Assembly (NCBI GenBank): GCA_030704615.1
Contig: CM060734.1
Location: 29,574,001 to 29,638,000 of the forward strand
Source of the DNA: Takakia lepidozioides
Lineage: Eukaryota; Plantae; Bryophyta
Length of the DNA stretch: 64,000 nucleotides
Reading direction: 5' to 3'
In this document: piece after piece, positions 10,637 to 24,500 of the stretch
Layout: each line of letters opens with the position of its first letter
Position numbering within the stretch: position 1 is the first letter of the stretch
Program-made: the position numbers and the translations under genes
Notes under the pieces: model-generated
What the model was told of the DNA's origin: nothing
The model's input: the letters and a program-made list of their open reading frames with translations, nothing else
The model's database searches: none

Positions 10637-10800
10637 CTAAGCCCTCTTCATTAGCATCTCTGGCCAAAGACAATTCATACCGAGAACATGATCCAACTTT
10701 GTTTGCGGTGGGTCCTCTTCCTCGTCCACTATAATGAAGCACTGAAAGTGTAGAGTACTTTTGGTAGCATAAGAATACATGTGACATTGGCAGGGGGTTG
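10637..10800 (-). pseudogene. Degenerate CACTA ORF2-type domain, copy 2
   Basis: EEEDPPQTKLDHVLGMNCLWPEMLMKR aligns with DNDDPPQTLLKHVKDTFTVWPKKCLKR at 815-915. Confidence 0.4.
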
Positions 10801-12774
10801 ATATTTGGGAGTTGTCTTTGAAGGCGGCGCAATTGGTGCACTGCATGTGGCAGTATCAAGAGCAGCTTTCTCAGCCTACAAACGTCACGCCCAACACCCC
10901 TTAGCAGGACTTCACATTTAGCAATGCAAATGTCACAGCCTTATAGTACCCAACGTGGGTAAATGACCACAAACACCGTATTCGCTAAAAGTGTACTTTG
11001 AAAATGTCATTTTTTTTTCCAATTCCCCTAGAGGTTTTCATCAACTACAACATATAATTAACATTGGTGAAATTGTGCACCACCTTATGTACATGTACAT
11101 ATAACTTTCATATAATCATAGATATTACAAAAATCAATTTATTTTGATGAAGCAAATATAGAAGCTTATGATAATATTTGATCCCCAAAATTTAAAGTCT
11201 TCTAATGAAAACCTAGTATGTTTATGATTCCAATATATGCTATGAACCTGCAACCATTTGTGAGAGGATATGCACTGTTGGATTGAATATATTGATTATT
11301 TAATAGATAATATATATTCAATAATTGAAAAGTTGATTTTGTTTATGATTATTCATCCTTCATTAATTAGGATTAGCATCCATGAAATACAATCATCCAT
11401 CAAGTTATCCATCAAATCATCCATGTTTTATTGAATCTCCAATTGCAACAAACATGGGCATATATACAAGCACTGTGTACATATGGCTTGTGTAATTTCC
11501 TAGTAAACTCAAGTAATCATAGGCATTCCTAGCTTCCAACCCCACTGTGGAACCATATTTGGTAACTCCTTCATCCAATTCACATAATCCTCATCTAAAG
11601 TTTGTATCTATCGCATCCCTGCTTGTGTGCCATAACGATCCACCTCCGATTCAGTAACTCCAAGATTTAGGTCTTGTCGAAACCGTCGTCCATCCATGGT
11701 ATAATGAAATCCATCCACAAGGTTCATCTCTGTTCTTTCACCAAATGGATTGGCCCCTTCAACGCCAGCTGGAATGTAGTCTGGATCCGACTCTATCAGA
11801 GTTTGTTGTTTCAATCCCAATTAAAATGACGGATGTGTCTTTGTGGTTTGCCCCGAATGAGAGATTTCGTGGTGTGGTATATTTACCTGTAATGGGGTTA
11901 CGGGTGCCGCACTTGAGCCCTCTAAGAAATGAGATCCTTCTATGTCAAGGCGGATTCTCTTTCCTCCAGTACTTGGTCGACCATTGGAACCTTGTTTCCT
12001 GACTTGTTGAAATTGCAGCTGAGTTATATTTGCATCATCATTCTCCCCATCTTCATTGTCCCTTTGTGAATTGCTCATGTCATCGCTTACCTCATCATCT
12101 CCTCCATCTCCATTGGCCAATTGCATCAGTCAATTTCAAAGTCTTGTGGCATGACTGGCTCTGGTCACACGTTCGGTTTTTCAGCTGTACTTTTTTTCAG
12201 CTCCCTTTACGACGGCTGAGGCAGACTCCTCAGCTTTAGTCCCCTTTTTACATGCCAGAAACAACATGGTATAGTACATGAGTACTTACCATACATGTTC
12301 ACAAATGCATTCATGCAAGTATGTCACGCACACCAATAAATAGATCATACATGAATCTAACAAAGTCACAAACAAAAAGCCGAAGAAAATGAAACAAGAT
12401 AAAGTACTCTAAATGATGAGTTACCTCTTTCTATGGGGAAGTTGCCTTCACAGGAATATGTACACTCTGATCAGCCAACCCCCTACTGTCACCCTTACTG
12501 GCACTCTCAGTGGTGGGGGTTGGCAGTAACGCGATCTCGCGGTGAGACAAGTTCTTGATCGTGTCCGCTAAGAGTAAGGTGTGATAGACAGGCATGGTAC
12601 ACCGAATGTACTTCTACTTCAAATGAAGCTTTATACCCTCATGCTAATTACTGGGGGAGTTCTTGCCTTCCGCCAAACGCATGTACAACACCGGCACTAC
12701 GGGATCCTCTCCACCCACAATGCTGCTGCGAAGAGTTACCTCTACATCTTGCTCCTACAACATCTCCCGATTAT

Positions 12775-15700
12775 ATGTCACTGAGCACTACACAGCTTGT
12801 TTGTATATTACATATGAAGTTGCTAGGTTGGGATTCCCAAGTCATATTCTTTGATTATAACATTTTTATTTACCCAGCTGGGGTACTTTCACTTCTGGCT
12901 AACACCCAGAGCAATATCCTCACACTACCTCATACCTCAACACTACTCACACTTTCCGTTACTCATACTCCAATACTATTCTCAATCAAATCTTACATTC
13001 ATTGTACTTTAGTACTACTCTCCTACAAATGGTACACTGCTCATAATTTGATATTGCCCTCAAACAAAATTTCCATTGTTCAGATTCATGTACTGTTTTC
13101 AAACAAATCTTATATTGCTCATAACTTATTCCCTTTTTTATTATTCCTCACGCACACTACTCATGTACAGTATACGAATATATCACCCAAGTATAACTAT
13201 CATATACACAACTCAGATACACTACTCGGACTCGCACAACACCCGAATATACCACCCAAATATACCTCTCATGCACACCACTTAAATACACTACTTGGAC
13301 ATACTATTCATTTGTACTCTTCAGCCTTGATGCTATTCCCAAACACTTTTTCCGCTTCCCATACCACATTAATACTGACAAACAATTCTTTTGCTACTTA
13401 CACCTCGATGTTATGTCTTACAAACAATTCTGATGTAGTCTATACCTCCAAACTACTTACAAATAATTATTACCTTGTTCAATTATCCCCACAACTATCT
13501 CCTCACCCACACAAACCCGCGCAAAAAGTATTCACAAATCTCCCCCGCTCTCACAACCTGATAGCACTTAACCAATATTTCATCCATCCACAGACGCTCT
13601 CATCCATCCCATCATCCACAATCATTCACGCACCCCACCCTTATACCCAAATACTCAATATTCTCATTAAATATCCCGCCAAAAACTTCAAAGTTTTGGT
13701 ATTTCTACCACCCCAACCCAATTTATCCCCAATATATACCCCCCATTCACTCATCAACCACCAGCTCCACAACTCCTCATATTCACCAACCAACCTCCAA
13801 ATCTATGTCCCACTCACGCATTCCCTATCTCCCTATTCACATAATCCAACCATATCCCAATTACCTCCACCTTTCCAAAATACCATACCAAATACATATT
13901 GACCCCCTTACATTTGCCGTTCACCCACATGGAACCCGCCCTCAAAACCTTCTAAAATCCAAGCACTACTACCATCATCCCCCCTCACCCGACACGGCAT
14001 ATAGAATGACATGTATTGACCTCATACTTCTCAGATGTGGAGACATCCACCCTAACCTAGGGCCCTCTTCTATAGATGATTTTGTCAATTACCCACCGGC
14101 CCAAAAGATAGATATGCTTTATATTTCCAAAAAAACACCATCTCCCTCACCTACCCATACTAGCACTTATCTGACCATTTCCCCCCTTCCTCCCCAAAAC
14201 TTTTCCCTCTAACCCCACACATCAGACTCCCCCTCCACATCAAATCTCCACCTTTGGCCTTCCCGCTTGCCATCTCCCAGCTCTTACTCGTGCCACACAC
14301 AGACTCAGGGTTTTCCACACCCAACACATCCTCTTTGCCCTCATCATTACTATCTCCCCGCTACCCGAGACATGTAACATCTACTTTGAATGTCACGCCC
14401 TTTCCCAACTCCGTTCCCTACTCTACACAACCTACATAAACTGCCCTCGCTCCCCAACAATTACCTAGCCCCTCCACACCACCTCTCCGAATTACACTCC
14501 TCGCTTCAACTCCTACAATCCAAACCCGGAGTGCTCCACACAATCCTAACGACCATCTTGCCTCACTTACCTCCCCGACTCAAGACCTGCCAGCCCTCTC
14601 TAATAAATTCCCATATTTATCCAACGACATCATCTCTGCCACCCTAAAGGCAATAACCCCCCTCCCTGGATTCACAACTCCCCCCATCCCCCCCATCCCC
14701 CCAACCCTCCCACCCTCGCCTACTCACTCAAATGCACCTACACCCCCTCCTCCTCCGCCTACAATCTAAATACCAACTCCCTTAGCATCATCACCTGGAA
14801 TGCCGGTTCTATGGCCACTAGTATACAGAGCCTCATAACATTCTCACAGACTCCGTCTCCCCGCACATTATTCTACTACAAGAAACTAAACTACACACCA
14901 ACCGCCCTAATAGCTCATACATAAACAAGCTACTCCCGACATACTACTTCCTGTATGGCAACCCTTTGTCGGCTCCGCAATGTCTTAGGCGGCGCTCGGC
15001 CCCATACAGCCCCACCCGGGGAGGCGTTGCCATTGGCATCCTACGTACCCATCACTCTCCCAGCACCACCACCAAGGTGAACGTCCCCATCCCTCTTCGC
15101 TCTCATCTCCAAATTATCCAACTTTATATGTCTGCTCTTAACCCAATTACCATCATTCACCTATACATGCCCTCCCACACTGATGACCTCCAACTAATCC
15201 CAGATATTATGCTTGCGATTTCCAATACGATTACCCATCCTGATCAACAGCATCACCACTACATTCTCGCTGGTGACTTCAACAGAGATATTGCCCTCCT
15301 TTGACACTCCTATAAAGGCTCCCACCAACCCCCATCCCCTTCCGATCATGATTGGGCCAAGTTCACTCAACAACATCACTTTAGCTACATACCCGCAGAT
15401 CACCACTACTCTAGGCAAGGTGGTCTCCACTACTCCTCCCTCAGCCTCCTTGATGGTTTCTATCTCAAAACCAGCACCGAGATCCCGTCCTATCTCCGCA
15501 GCCACATTCACATTGACAACATTTGTAACTCTCACCACTACCCAATATCGATCTCTCTTCCCTTGTTCCCTTCCACCCCCTCCCTTCTATCCTTAAACCC
15601 CCCCTCCCCAACCCAGGTTCCTATCTCCATTACCCAAACATAACATCACAGCCTTCCAAAACCACTTCCAACCTATTGCCTCTATCCTAACACAAAACCT

Positions 15701-17870
15701 CTCCCATATCCTCTCCAATACGAACCTCTCACAGGAACCCGACAATACCTGGCTCGAAGCAGAGCTCACCCTCTCTTCCATCTTACTACAAATGACCAAA
15801 AGCGTTCTCACCACGTGTGCCGCTCCCCCGGACCTGCCCCAAATCTCCCGCTCTAAACAAAACGGGGGATATCTTACCCGTTCACAAAAGTGGGCCTGGA
15901 CCTCCCACCTAAACACCTATCACACTATCCACAGAGCTCTCACCGTTATTCCTAATTCTTCCACCCTCCCACTACACATAGACTGGCGCTCCGATCCCCG
16001 TATCTCATGCCTAAACTCCCTGTTTGTCTGCAGCCCGATCATGCCCCCTCCCAACGACCCCTCCAATCTTCCTAGCTGGATTGCTGCTCTCTCCAAGCTG
16101 GGGAGAGACGCAAAAAAAGTCGCCTACATTATTACTAAACAAAAAGCTACAGCTAATCACAAAAGATTTATTTCATCCTTTGGCCAATTACTACATGACC
16201 ACCCCAAAAAAGCCCATAAAGCTATTTTCAACCCTGCTCTAAACCCACCCATTGACTACCTCAAACATAGATCCGGCCAACTGCTCACCACCCCTAATGA
16301 CATCCCGATTTGATTCCAAATGCTATACTACAAGCTCTCGACCCTGTACTTCACCTCTTTCTCTTCAAATTTTTTAAACTTTGCTACCAACTCCGCCGGA
16401 TCCCGCACATATGGAAGCATAGCCGCACCATTCTCCTCTTCAAGAAAGGCGACCCTACGGATCTTAGCAATTACAGACCCATTGCTCTTGCTAACACTAT
16501 CTATAAACTATTTACCAACACCCTTACCAAGATGTTGTCCAACTATGGTGAACACCACCGCATTCTTAGCAACCCGCAAGAAGGCTTCCATGCCACACGT
16601 AGCACTACCAGACAAATACAATATGTGTTATCCGCCCTAGAAGACGCCAAACTCACAAACAAGATATATATCTCATATATATCGACTTCAAAAATGCTTT
16701 CGGCTCTTTAGACCACCCGCGTCTACTCGCCATTATGACAGACCTAGGCTACCCATCAGATGCTATACAACTCATCGGTAATATTTACACTAACAGCTCC
16801 ACGGAATATACAGGCTCATATTATGGTTCCACCCCTCCCATCCCAATTCTACGAGGCACTATCCAAGGCGACACCCTTAGTCCTTACCTCATTATCATCT
16901 TCCTTGAACCCTTGCTCAGATGGATTGCACGCGACAAACTTGGATACCAATACAAAACTTCTTCAAACGAAATTTCTGCTACCGCTTACGCGGATGACCT
17001 TGCCATCCTTGCGCACAAACCCCAACACCTCAACCGGCAAGTTGAAAAATTATCACGCTTTAACCAATGGTCTGGAATGGAACTAAGTCTTCATAAATGC
17101 GCCGTCACCGCGGCTACCCACCGCAGTAAGCTTACCAAATCTTCTATTGCGTCACACTGCAAACTATACATCCAATACCAGAACAAACCATTTCCCTTCC
17201 TAGGCCCTGATGAACCCTACACATACTTAGGTATTCAACTTGTCCCCTCGCTCACATGGAACGTACAGAAAATCGCTACACTCACCAAACTAACTAATTG
17301 AAGCTTAGCTCTCCTCAAAGCCCCCATAGCCATCAGGCCCAAACTCTCCCTCATAGAATCCGTCCTAAAACCACAGGTCCAATACTCATTCCATGCGGCT
17401 CCCTTCTCCCTCCCGGACATCATTCAAATCGACAGACAAATCATCCAACTCACTAAGCGCATTTGTGGTCTCCCCACTAGCACTCACAATGCTCTCACTC
17501 AACTCCCCACGGACAGATATGGCATCGGTACTAGTCCCTTAATAATGTCATACTCGCGCACTCTTGGCTCCCAACTACTCGAAGCCCTCAACGACCCGGG
17601 TCGTCTAGGTCTCATCTACCGTGGGCTACTCAAACACCTGGCCTCCAAGTATAATGGACTTCACTCACTACCTTTCCTCCACTCACAGTCTTGTCTCCAT
17701 TCCCCTACCGCCCGCTCCCTATCATACTCCGCCAGTTGAAAACCAGTGTGCAAACCGATCTCCCTGATTACCCCAAATCCATATCTCCCCTAGAACAGGC
17801 TTGGCATACTAGCTCTTTCCTCTCCCAATTCGAACGCAAATTCCCCCGCCAAAAGATACTTATCCTTCAG
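12775..17870 (+). mobile_element. Degenerate non-LTR retrotransposon (APE + RT; RTE-X-like), with internal deletion and 3' truncation
   Basis: APE motifs: IITWNAG (~14785), LQET, YILAGDFN (~15260). RT motifs: WKHSRTILLFKKGDPTDLSNYRPIAL, QEGF, IDFKNAF, RGTIQGDTLSP, AYADD, YTYLG. Many frameshifts. The 5' boundary and clade are uncertain. Confidence 0.85.
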
Positions 17871-19175
17871 GTGCGGCCCGAGGCTCTGTACCGAAATTTC
17901 CGTAATACCCGACCTGAAGGGCCCTACCCTATACTTCAGTTATTTTATCTAGAGCGTGAAACTAGTGAGAAAATATCCAACTAAATTATGGATTTTTAGT
18001 ACTTAAACTTAGCAAGTTGTTAAGTGAGGTGTCAAGGTAATTTGATGAATCCAGATAATCCCTTTGCGAGATCAGGGAGATCCTTCATCGCTTCCGAAAC
18101 AAATGGACTGGATCCCGGAAGTAAAGGATGCTGCCCTCTCATGTCCGACTTCCACATTTTGATCCCTCCCTCAGCTTTCCGTATTTGTTTGTGCTGCATA
18201 ACAGGCCACTTGTCATCCCGATCATACCTAGAACGGCATGAGTGTGACCAACAAGTAGATAAGAGACAAAAACCTCTTTGAAAATCTCTTAAATTGCTAC
18301 TAGTAGTGACCAAAATAAATTTGCAAACCTGCATTTGTTGTCGTTCCCACAGTTGTCAAGTTGGACATAAAGAACAGGAGGCAAGGTTTTCGGGTGAACT
18401 GGTTCAAAATGACAAACAAATTTCCTTTCCGACTATATCATCATCATCATCATGGGACAGACAGGACGACGGGTTGAAGGAAAGTTGTATTGTATTGCAG
18501 CGGTGGCCGTGGACGCGCAGTGTGGACATGGCAGTATTAGTCAGGGGCCCATATGCGTGATAGAATATGGAGTATTTTGTTTGTTCTAACATAGGAAGGA
18601 AAGAGCTGCTCTAGCTTGAACCTATTGTTCTTCGCAGCTGCAGTGGCGGGAATCTGTCTGCGAAAATCCTTTCTTTCTGTCTCTCGCTGTCTCCTTTTCA
18701 AGTGCGCATACAACGGAATTCGGGGCGGGGTTTGTTGTTTGATGGTTATGTAGCACATTTGCTGCTCATTTGCGCGTTGGGCAAGTTTCGGTGTGGTTTT
18801 GGAGGTCACCGTGTGAGAGAGGGGAGTAGTTGAGGGTGATCGTAGTTGAGTGTTGTGTGAATTTCTTCACTTGGATGTCCGACTGTGCAGCAAATCTTTT
18901 CTTCGTTCAGTTGAGGAAGTGCAGGAAGACCTTTGGTCAGTAACTGTCGAAGCATGGACTGTCTGACCTACTTGGTACTTCTGGAGAACTGGATTCGACG
19001 CCACGTAGGTTTCTCATACATGTTTTCCTCCTGTCTTTCCGACTCACCTCAGACCGTTTTTCTTTTGTCTCTTTGTCCTGCTTGTCTTTAATGCACCAAT
19101 CCTCTGTATTTTTCTTTTACGATCCCCGTTGTACAACGTGTGGGATCAACAGATTGCTGCCTGCGCGTCATTTAA

Positions 19176-19847
19176 CCCTTAAGCGCCCACCAGGCCCGCA
19201 CAGGGCCTTGTGGGTTACTCAAGAGTTAATAACTTTTTTAGATTTTGGTCAAATTGCATGATTTTTGTGCGGTGGATTCGGCAGCCAAGTGGGTTGCCCA
19301 GAACTGTTGACAGATGAGAATCCACTAGGTTAGGGCAAAGATATGCCGTTACGCGTGCGGGGGATCTGGCGGCCAGCTCCCATTTCTCTCGCATTCTTAC
19401 CTCCCGCGTTTTCCTGACCACCTTGGATTCCTTCGCGTCAGCACCAAATAAGAAATGACCCCCTATGTTTGACCAAGTGTCAACACCACAATTCTTGGCC
19501 AAATCCAATAAAAATAGCTTTGTTGGATGACGGATGTAAGAGGGAGGATGTGGTCGCAGAATCAGCAGATTCTGACTTCATCCCGTCACCCAAAACTCCA
19601 AAAAGCTCCCTGGAAACTATTTTTTATTGCACAAGGGCCTAAAAATGGGCCCCACTTCCAACGGTGGGGTTTTGTTGGTTCTTATCTGGTTGGCCTGAAA
19701 ATTGGCAGGTGCATGCAGGAGGTAGGTGCCCAGGTAATGTGAGGTCAGTTTTTGAAAATTGTTTTTTCCCTGAGAATTATTGTCATTTTTCAGAGGGCCG
19801 GTAATGTTTTTGGAAAAAGTCAACGGGGACCACTGGGCGCTTAAGGG
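19176..19847. mobile_element. Non-autonomous TIR element with piggyBac-like ends
   Basis: Perfect 14-bp TIR CCCTTAAGCGCCCA / TGGGCGCTTAAGGG. TTAA on the left (19172-19175), but the right flank is CTGG. Confidence 0.6.
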
Positions 19848-21407
19848 CTGGATACAACTGGACAGCTGTATATCTTAGAAATGGGTATTGGTTTTTGGAG
19901 GCTCGAGTCCTATCCACGTTCCGACTGTTTCTTTGTGGAGGGGTTTAAGTTCTTGTTCTGCTTTGTCGAGTCTGAGCGCATTCTGGTTTTCTGCAGTCGA
20001 GGCCCGAGACTTGGCCCCTAAACCTTGGAAATGGGACGGTCCTTGGTACACTGCTTACACCTATGCGTGCCAAGTCTTTTTGGTCGTTTTGGAGGTCCCC
20101 TTGCTTATGGGCACGTGCCCCAGTCACCACCTCAATTCCATTAGTTGTCGAGTAACTTAGTTGTCGAGAAGAATGTGCGATGGAGGGATTTGCAGGCCTG
20201 GATCGTAGTCTTTGCTAATCTACTTCATCCGCCTACGGCCCTCCTCCAATCCAAGGCCCATCGAACTCCTGGCATTCTGGATTACTTTGGGGTCTGCAAA
20301 AGAGAACAACGTGTGCCATTATATGTCTCCAGAAACACAATAATCATGTAAAGAAGGGGTAATCGAGGTCTCTTGGGACCGTGATGCAAAATGAGTCCTT
20401 ACATCAGCTCCAGTGCATGGGGACATAAACCTCATAGACACCGAGATAACTCCATACTTCAAAATAAAGGCAAAACAAATTTGTTATATATCACTTTGGT
20501 AAACTCCCAAACCCTCACAACAACAAGAGTGCATGGGGACATGTGCAGACGTTGTGGGGAGGGTGCGATGTACGATCGTCTCTAACTTCTGATTCATGCT
20601 TCCTTAACTGATTCTCTTCCCTTATCATATCACTCAGTCTCATTATCTTTCCATGCTTCGTGGGGGAATCAAATTGAGTAGCTTCTTCTTCTTCTTCCCA
20701 GAACGTGAGCTAATAGTGGAGCCTGGCTTTAGAAGGTACACATACAGACAGAATCCCTAAGATCTCAAAGAAAAGAGAGTCGAATTTTACAATAAGAAGA
20801 CGTGTTGCACAAGCTGGATGACAAGATTCGGACGACCACTGTTGAAGGCTTTGCCCTAGTTGAGGAGGAAGAGGCTTGAGAAGAGTGTCAAGACTGAACG
20901 CCCTTTTCACAAACTGCAAAACCACTTCACAGTTATTATCTCAATGTCAAGCAACAAGATTCTGAAATGCCCACTCCCATACTCAACCATCTGCTCCCTG
21001 TCTTTGGTTTGCCCACGCATTGCTGTTTGAGGACCTACACCAAAACACGTAAGCAAGTGAGTCAACCAAGAAGCAGAAATTCAAAAACATGGAGCACCCA
21101 CAAGAGCAACATGGATAGAAAAAGAAATCCTCTTTTGCCCACTCCTAGCTCGACAAGTTGTCGCCATACGGCAGGGCGACAGCGGCTTGGTGACAACGAG
21201 CCCCTCGCCTCTTCCCTCGTTTTGTCTCTCTCTCTCACGAGCACAGCGTGATATGCTACGCCATATACTGAACTACAATCCCCCATGGCTTGTCTGCAAA
21301 CCCATCTCTGTCTTTCTTTCTATGGAACACACGCACAAACTTTCAGGCAGGAACTTGGATCCGAACACTGCTGTTCACAGTGATATCTGGACAGGAGGTG
21401 CGTAGCG

Positions 21408-22826
21408 ATGGATGTGGCAACCTCAGTGGGGCAGACAGAGTTTACACTGGACCTGTACAAAGCGGTGGTGAAGCATCAAGGTGCCAGATCTCGTCCTATT
21501 TGAAGCTTCCGGGAGATGTTATGCACGATTTCTCGTCGCATTTGAGGAACGTTGTGTTGGCTGATGGCAGCGCACAAGGGGGGCCCTTGCTAGCGTCCGC
21601 TAATAAAGTGTGGGTGGAGCAAACGGTACCTCCCAAGCCCCCGTTTATGGAGCTGCTGAAGAGCCGCTATGGATCTGAAGCTGGACAGGCTGATTTCCAA
21701 TCAAAAGTAGGGTGGTTTTCCGGCTCTCTCAATGTTATTCTCCTCTCCCTAATTCCGAATAATGTTATCCCGTAGTCGAATTCAGAGCCTACTGTGAATG
21801 TTCGACGTGGCCTACTACTTTGAGGCTACGGGTTTTCTGCTCATGCTGCCTCGTTTATTAGAGAGATGAAGCAGAAACTGAATTCCACATCGTCTATGAC
21901 ACAATTTGAACTAAATTTGGGGCTTACCCCATGTCAACCCTTGGTGTCCGAATTCGTGGTGGGATGCCAGGGTATCTAGCAGTGTCAATTTTCTATCCAA
22001 CCTACACTAGGAAATATGCAGTCAGTCATCAATTCTCAACATGGGTTTTCATTTACTTTTGTTTTGGTGGTGAGACAGGCTGAGGAAGCCAGAACAAGTA
22101 TAAATACATGGGTCAAGGATGAAACCAGGGGAAAGATTGAGGACCTCCTTCCCCAAGATTCTGTGGACCATACTACGAGGGTTGTATTGGTCAATGATCT
22201 TTACTTCAAGGGAGCTTGGAAGAAACCATTCGAGGAATCAGAGACCAAAGATGGCACATTTTATCTGCTGGATGGAAAGAGCCTAACAGTGCCCATGATG
22301 CGGGCTCAAAAAAAGCAGTTCATTGAAAACTTTGGGTCATTCAAAGCGCTTCGGCTCCGCTAGGATGTCCCAGGTGATGACAAGCGCTTAGATGGACTGA
22401 CCCAACTTGAGCAGAATCTGGATACAAAAGTGCTTGGGTAGGATCTGTCCAATATGAAATCGAAGGTCACAGTAACAAACTTTCAGCTGCCGCGCTTTCA
22501 GATTTCGAGTGGATTTGAAGTGCCTGAGGCCTTGAAAAACCCTGGTCTTGTATTACCCTTTTCGAATGATGCTGATTTTTCAGAGCTGGTGGACTGTCCG
22601 AGTGGACAGCCCCTCTATATTTCCAACATCTTTCATAAGGCATTTGTGGAAGTGAATGAAAAGGGTACTGAGGCTGCCGCTGCAACTGGAGTCTCCATTA
22701 GTCTGCTTTGTTATCAGGAACCTGAAGAATTTGCGGCAGATCATCCATTTCTGTTTGTGATTAAGGAAGAGTTGCCAAAGTCATTCTTTCATTGGCCGTA
22801 TTACTAACCCCATTGGTGCAAGCTAA
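21408..22826 (+). pseudogene. Plant serpin pseudogene (2 exons; intron ~21707-22078)
   Basis: MDVATSVGQTEFTLDLYKAVVK, then deletion/frameshift. GGPLLASANKVW, INTWVKDETRGKI, LYFKGAW, in-frame TAG stops, hinge/RCL EKGTEAAAATGVSISLLC, ADHPFLFVIKE. Confidence 0.9.
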
Positions 22827-23734
22827 TGGATTTTAGTATGTACACACTTTGAGGACATTTGATATTCTAGAGAGCCCATAGCAAGTGATATGTATGCCAG
22901 CGGAATGAGTTGCTACCAAAGGCTGAAGAGGAGTCCTGTGTGAAGAAAACTTTGGTCTTTGCATGTTCACTTTCTTTACCATTTCCGCTTCTCGTGATCC
23001 CTAGACATAGCAGATTAGAAGGTGCCTTTTTGCTTTTTATTCCAAGACCTAACCATTGTTTTCCACCTTGATTTCAAATCCAATTCTATGGGTGCCTCCT
23101 TGTATCAACTCTCATGGCAGCTGTTTTGCACAAAGCAAATTGCTAACCCTGTCACTTAAGCACCAAGTGGAATGGCTTTGTTTGTAGTGGAGATCTGACA
23201 GCATTGATGCTTGCTAAGAATTGAAGACTATGGTAAGAATTAGTATTACTAGTGTGGCTTTGGGACATGGCCATCGACTGCGAAATTGCGAGTATCAGCA
23301 GGTAAGGATAGGCTAGCTCAGGCTTCGCAATCACCTGGCACCCGAGCCGAGAAACCTTTGTCAAGCAAAAGGCAAGATCCAGCATATCGTTCTATCATCT
23401 GATGGCTCTGGCAGTTTATTGTAATAGGCGTCCTCCATGACAATTGCATAAGAGGTTGAACAAGCCACCGACCCTTCACAGGCACCTTCTAGATCAATGT
23501 CATCCTGCATCATGCGAGCATCCTATGAACAACAACCCTATCACAAGTCAATGAGGGAGACCTGAGGGGCCACATTAGTTAGCGTTGGAAGTACAGTAAA
23601 AACTAAGTCAAACAGAGGGTTCACGGAGGGAGGGTGACCTCAAGGAAAATAAACATATTCGTTCACAATGTAACATCTAGAATTTCCCTCCCTTTTCTCA
23701 AAAAAAAAACAAACACTAGAAATGGAATAATAAC

Positions 23735-23870
23735 ATTTTTTTTCTTTTTTAAGAAAGGGAAACACCTGGGAGCGACAGCTCACAAATCAGGCCCCTTGAT
23801 AGAGAGGAGAAAATAACCTCTTTCACACTAACCCGCCATGAGGCGTAGCAATGGGGCACCACCCAGGAAA
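23735..23870 (-). mobile_element. 3' fragment of the SINE family at 41783-41976, with poly(A) tail
   Basis: AGGGAAACACCTGGGAGCGACAG.TCACAAATCAGGCCCCTT is the reverse complement of ~41931-41972, and is preceded by a T-tract. Confidence 0.65.
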
Positions 23871-24149
23871 TAACATTCCTATTAACACTAGTGAAGATTT
23901 ACATAGAGAAATATAGAAAAACAAAATATTTTATTTACGCATTAAGCTTAAAATACAGGTCTGTCGACTCCCTCTGATCTGCATGCTCTCTCAATTGCAG
24001 CCAATTTGTTGATCAAAACTTGAGATATCCAAGGATTTTTTTATTTTTTTCTGAAGAGATGAAGGGAATGTGAATGTCTGCAATAAAATCAGAGTTTTGA
24101 CTATGATGTTCTTACTTCTTACTATTCCAGGACAGAATATAATTACTTA

Positions 24150-24500
24150 TGTATTCTTATTATATTTATTATTGTATTTTGTTTTTGGAGGAAAGGGGAC
24201 AGCTGCCCTTTTAATCAAATTAAACGAAAGTGTCACAGTTGATGGAAAAAATAACCACGAGAGGGCCCGTACAGGCTTACAGTGGGGGACACCCCCGTGA
24301 CCGTAGGAAACTAGCTGTGAAGGAGGAAAGCAGTGAGCAGGTGAAGTGTTCTAAGGCTTCCAATTAGTGGAATGGAACTATGCAGAAGGTAAAACAAAAG
24401 AGTAGGGGTAGAGTTGATAGGAGTTGGGCACCAACAACTTGTAACACTCGAGCAATAAAGGCAATAACAACTGCTACCCAAAAAATAGGGCATCCTAGCA
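24150..24500 (-). mobile_element. 3'-UTR fragment of the LINE family at 62702-64000
   Basis: AAAGGGG...CCCTTTTAATCAAATTAAA...GGAAAAAATAACCAC...GGCTTAC is shared with ~62730-62830, next to a T-rich tail. Confidence 0.65.

Noticed and set aside
12775-13902. 375-aa ORF as a host gene
   Set aside because: Low-complexity H/T/L/P/S composition from a G-poor strand, with no recognisable domain; at most the leader of the LINE.
18032-18334. Possible transposon protein fragment (WPVMQHK...LAKGLSGFIKL)
   Set aside because: Short, with no motif I can assign confidently without a search.
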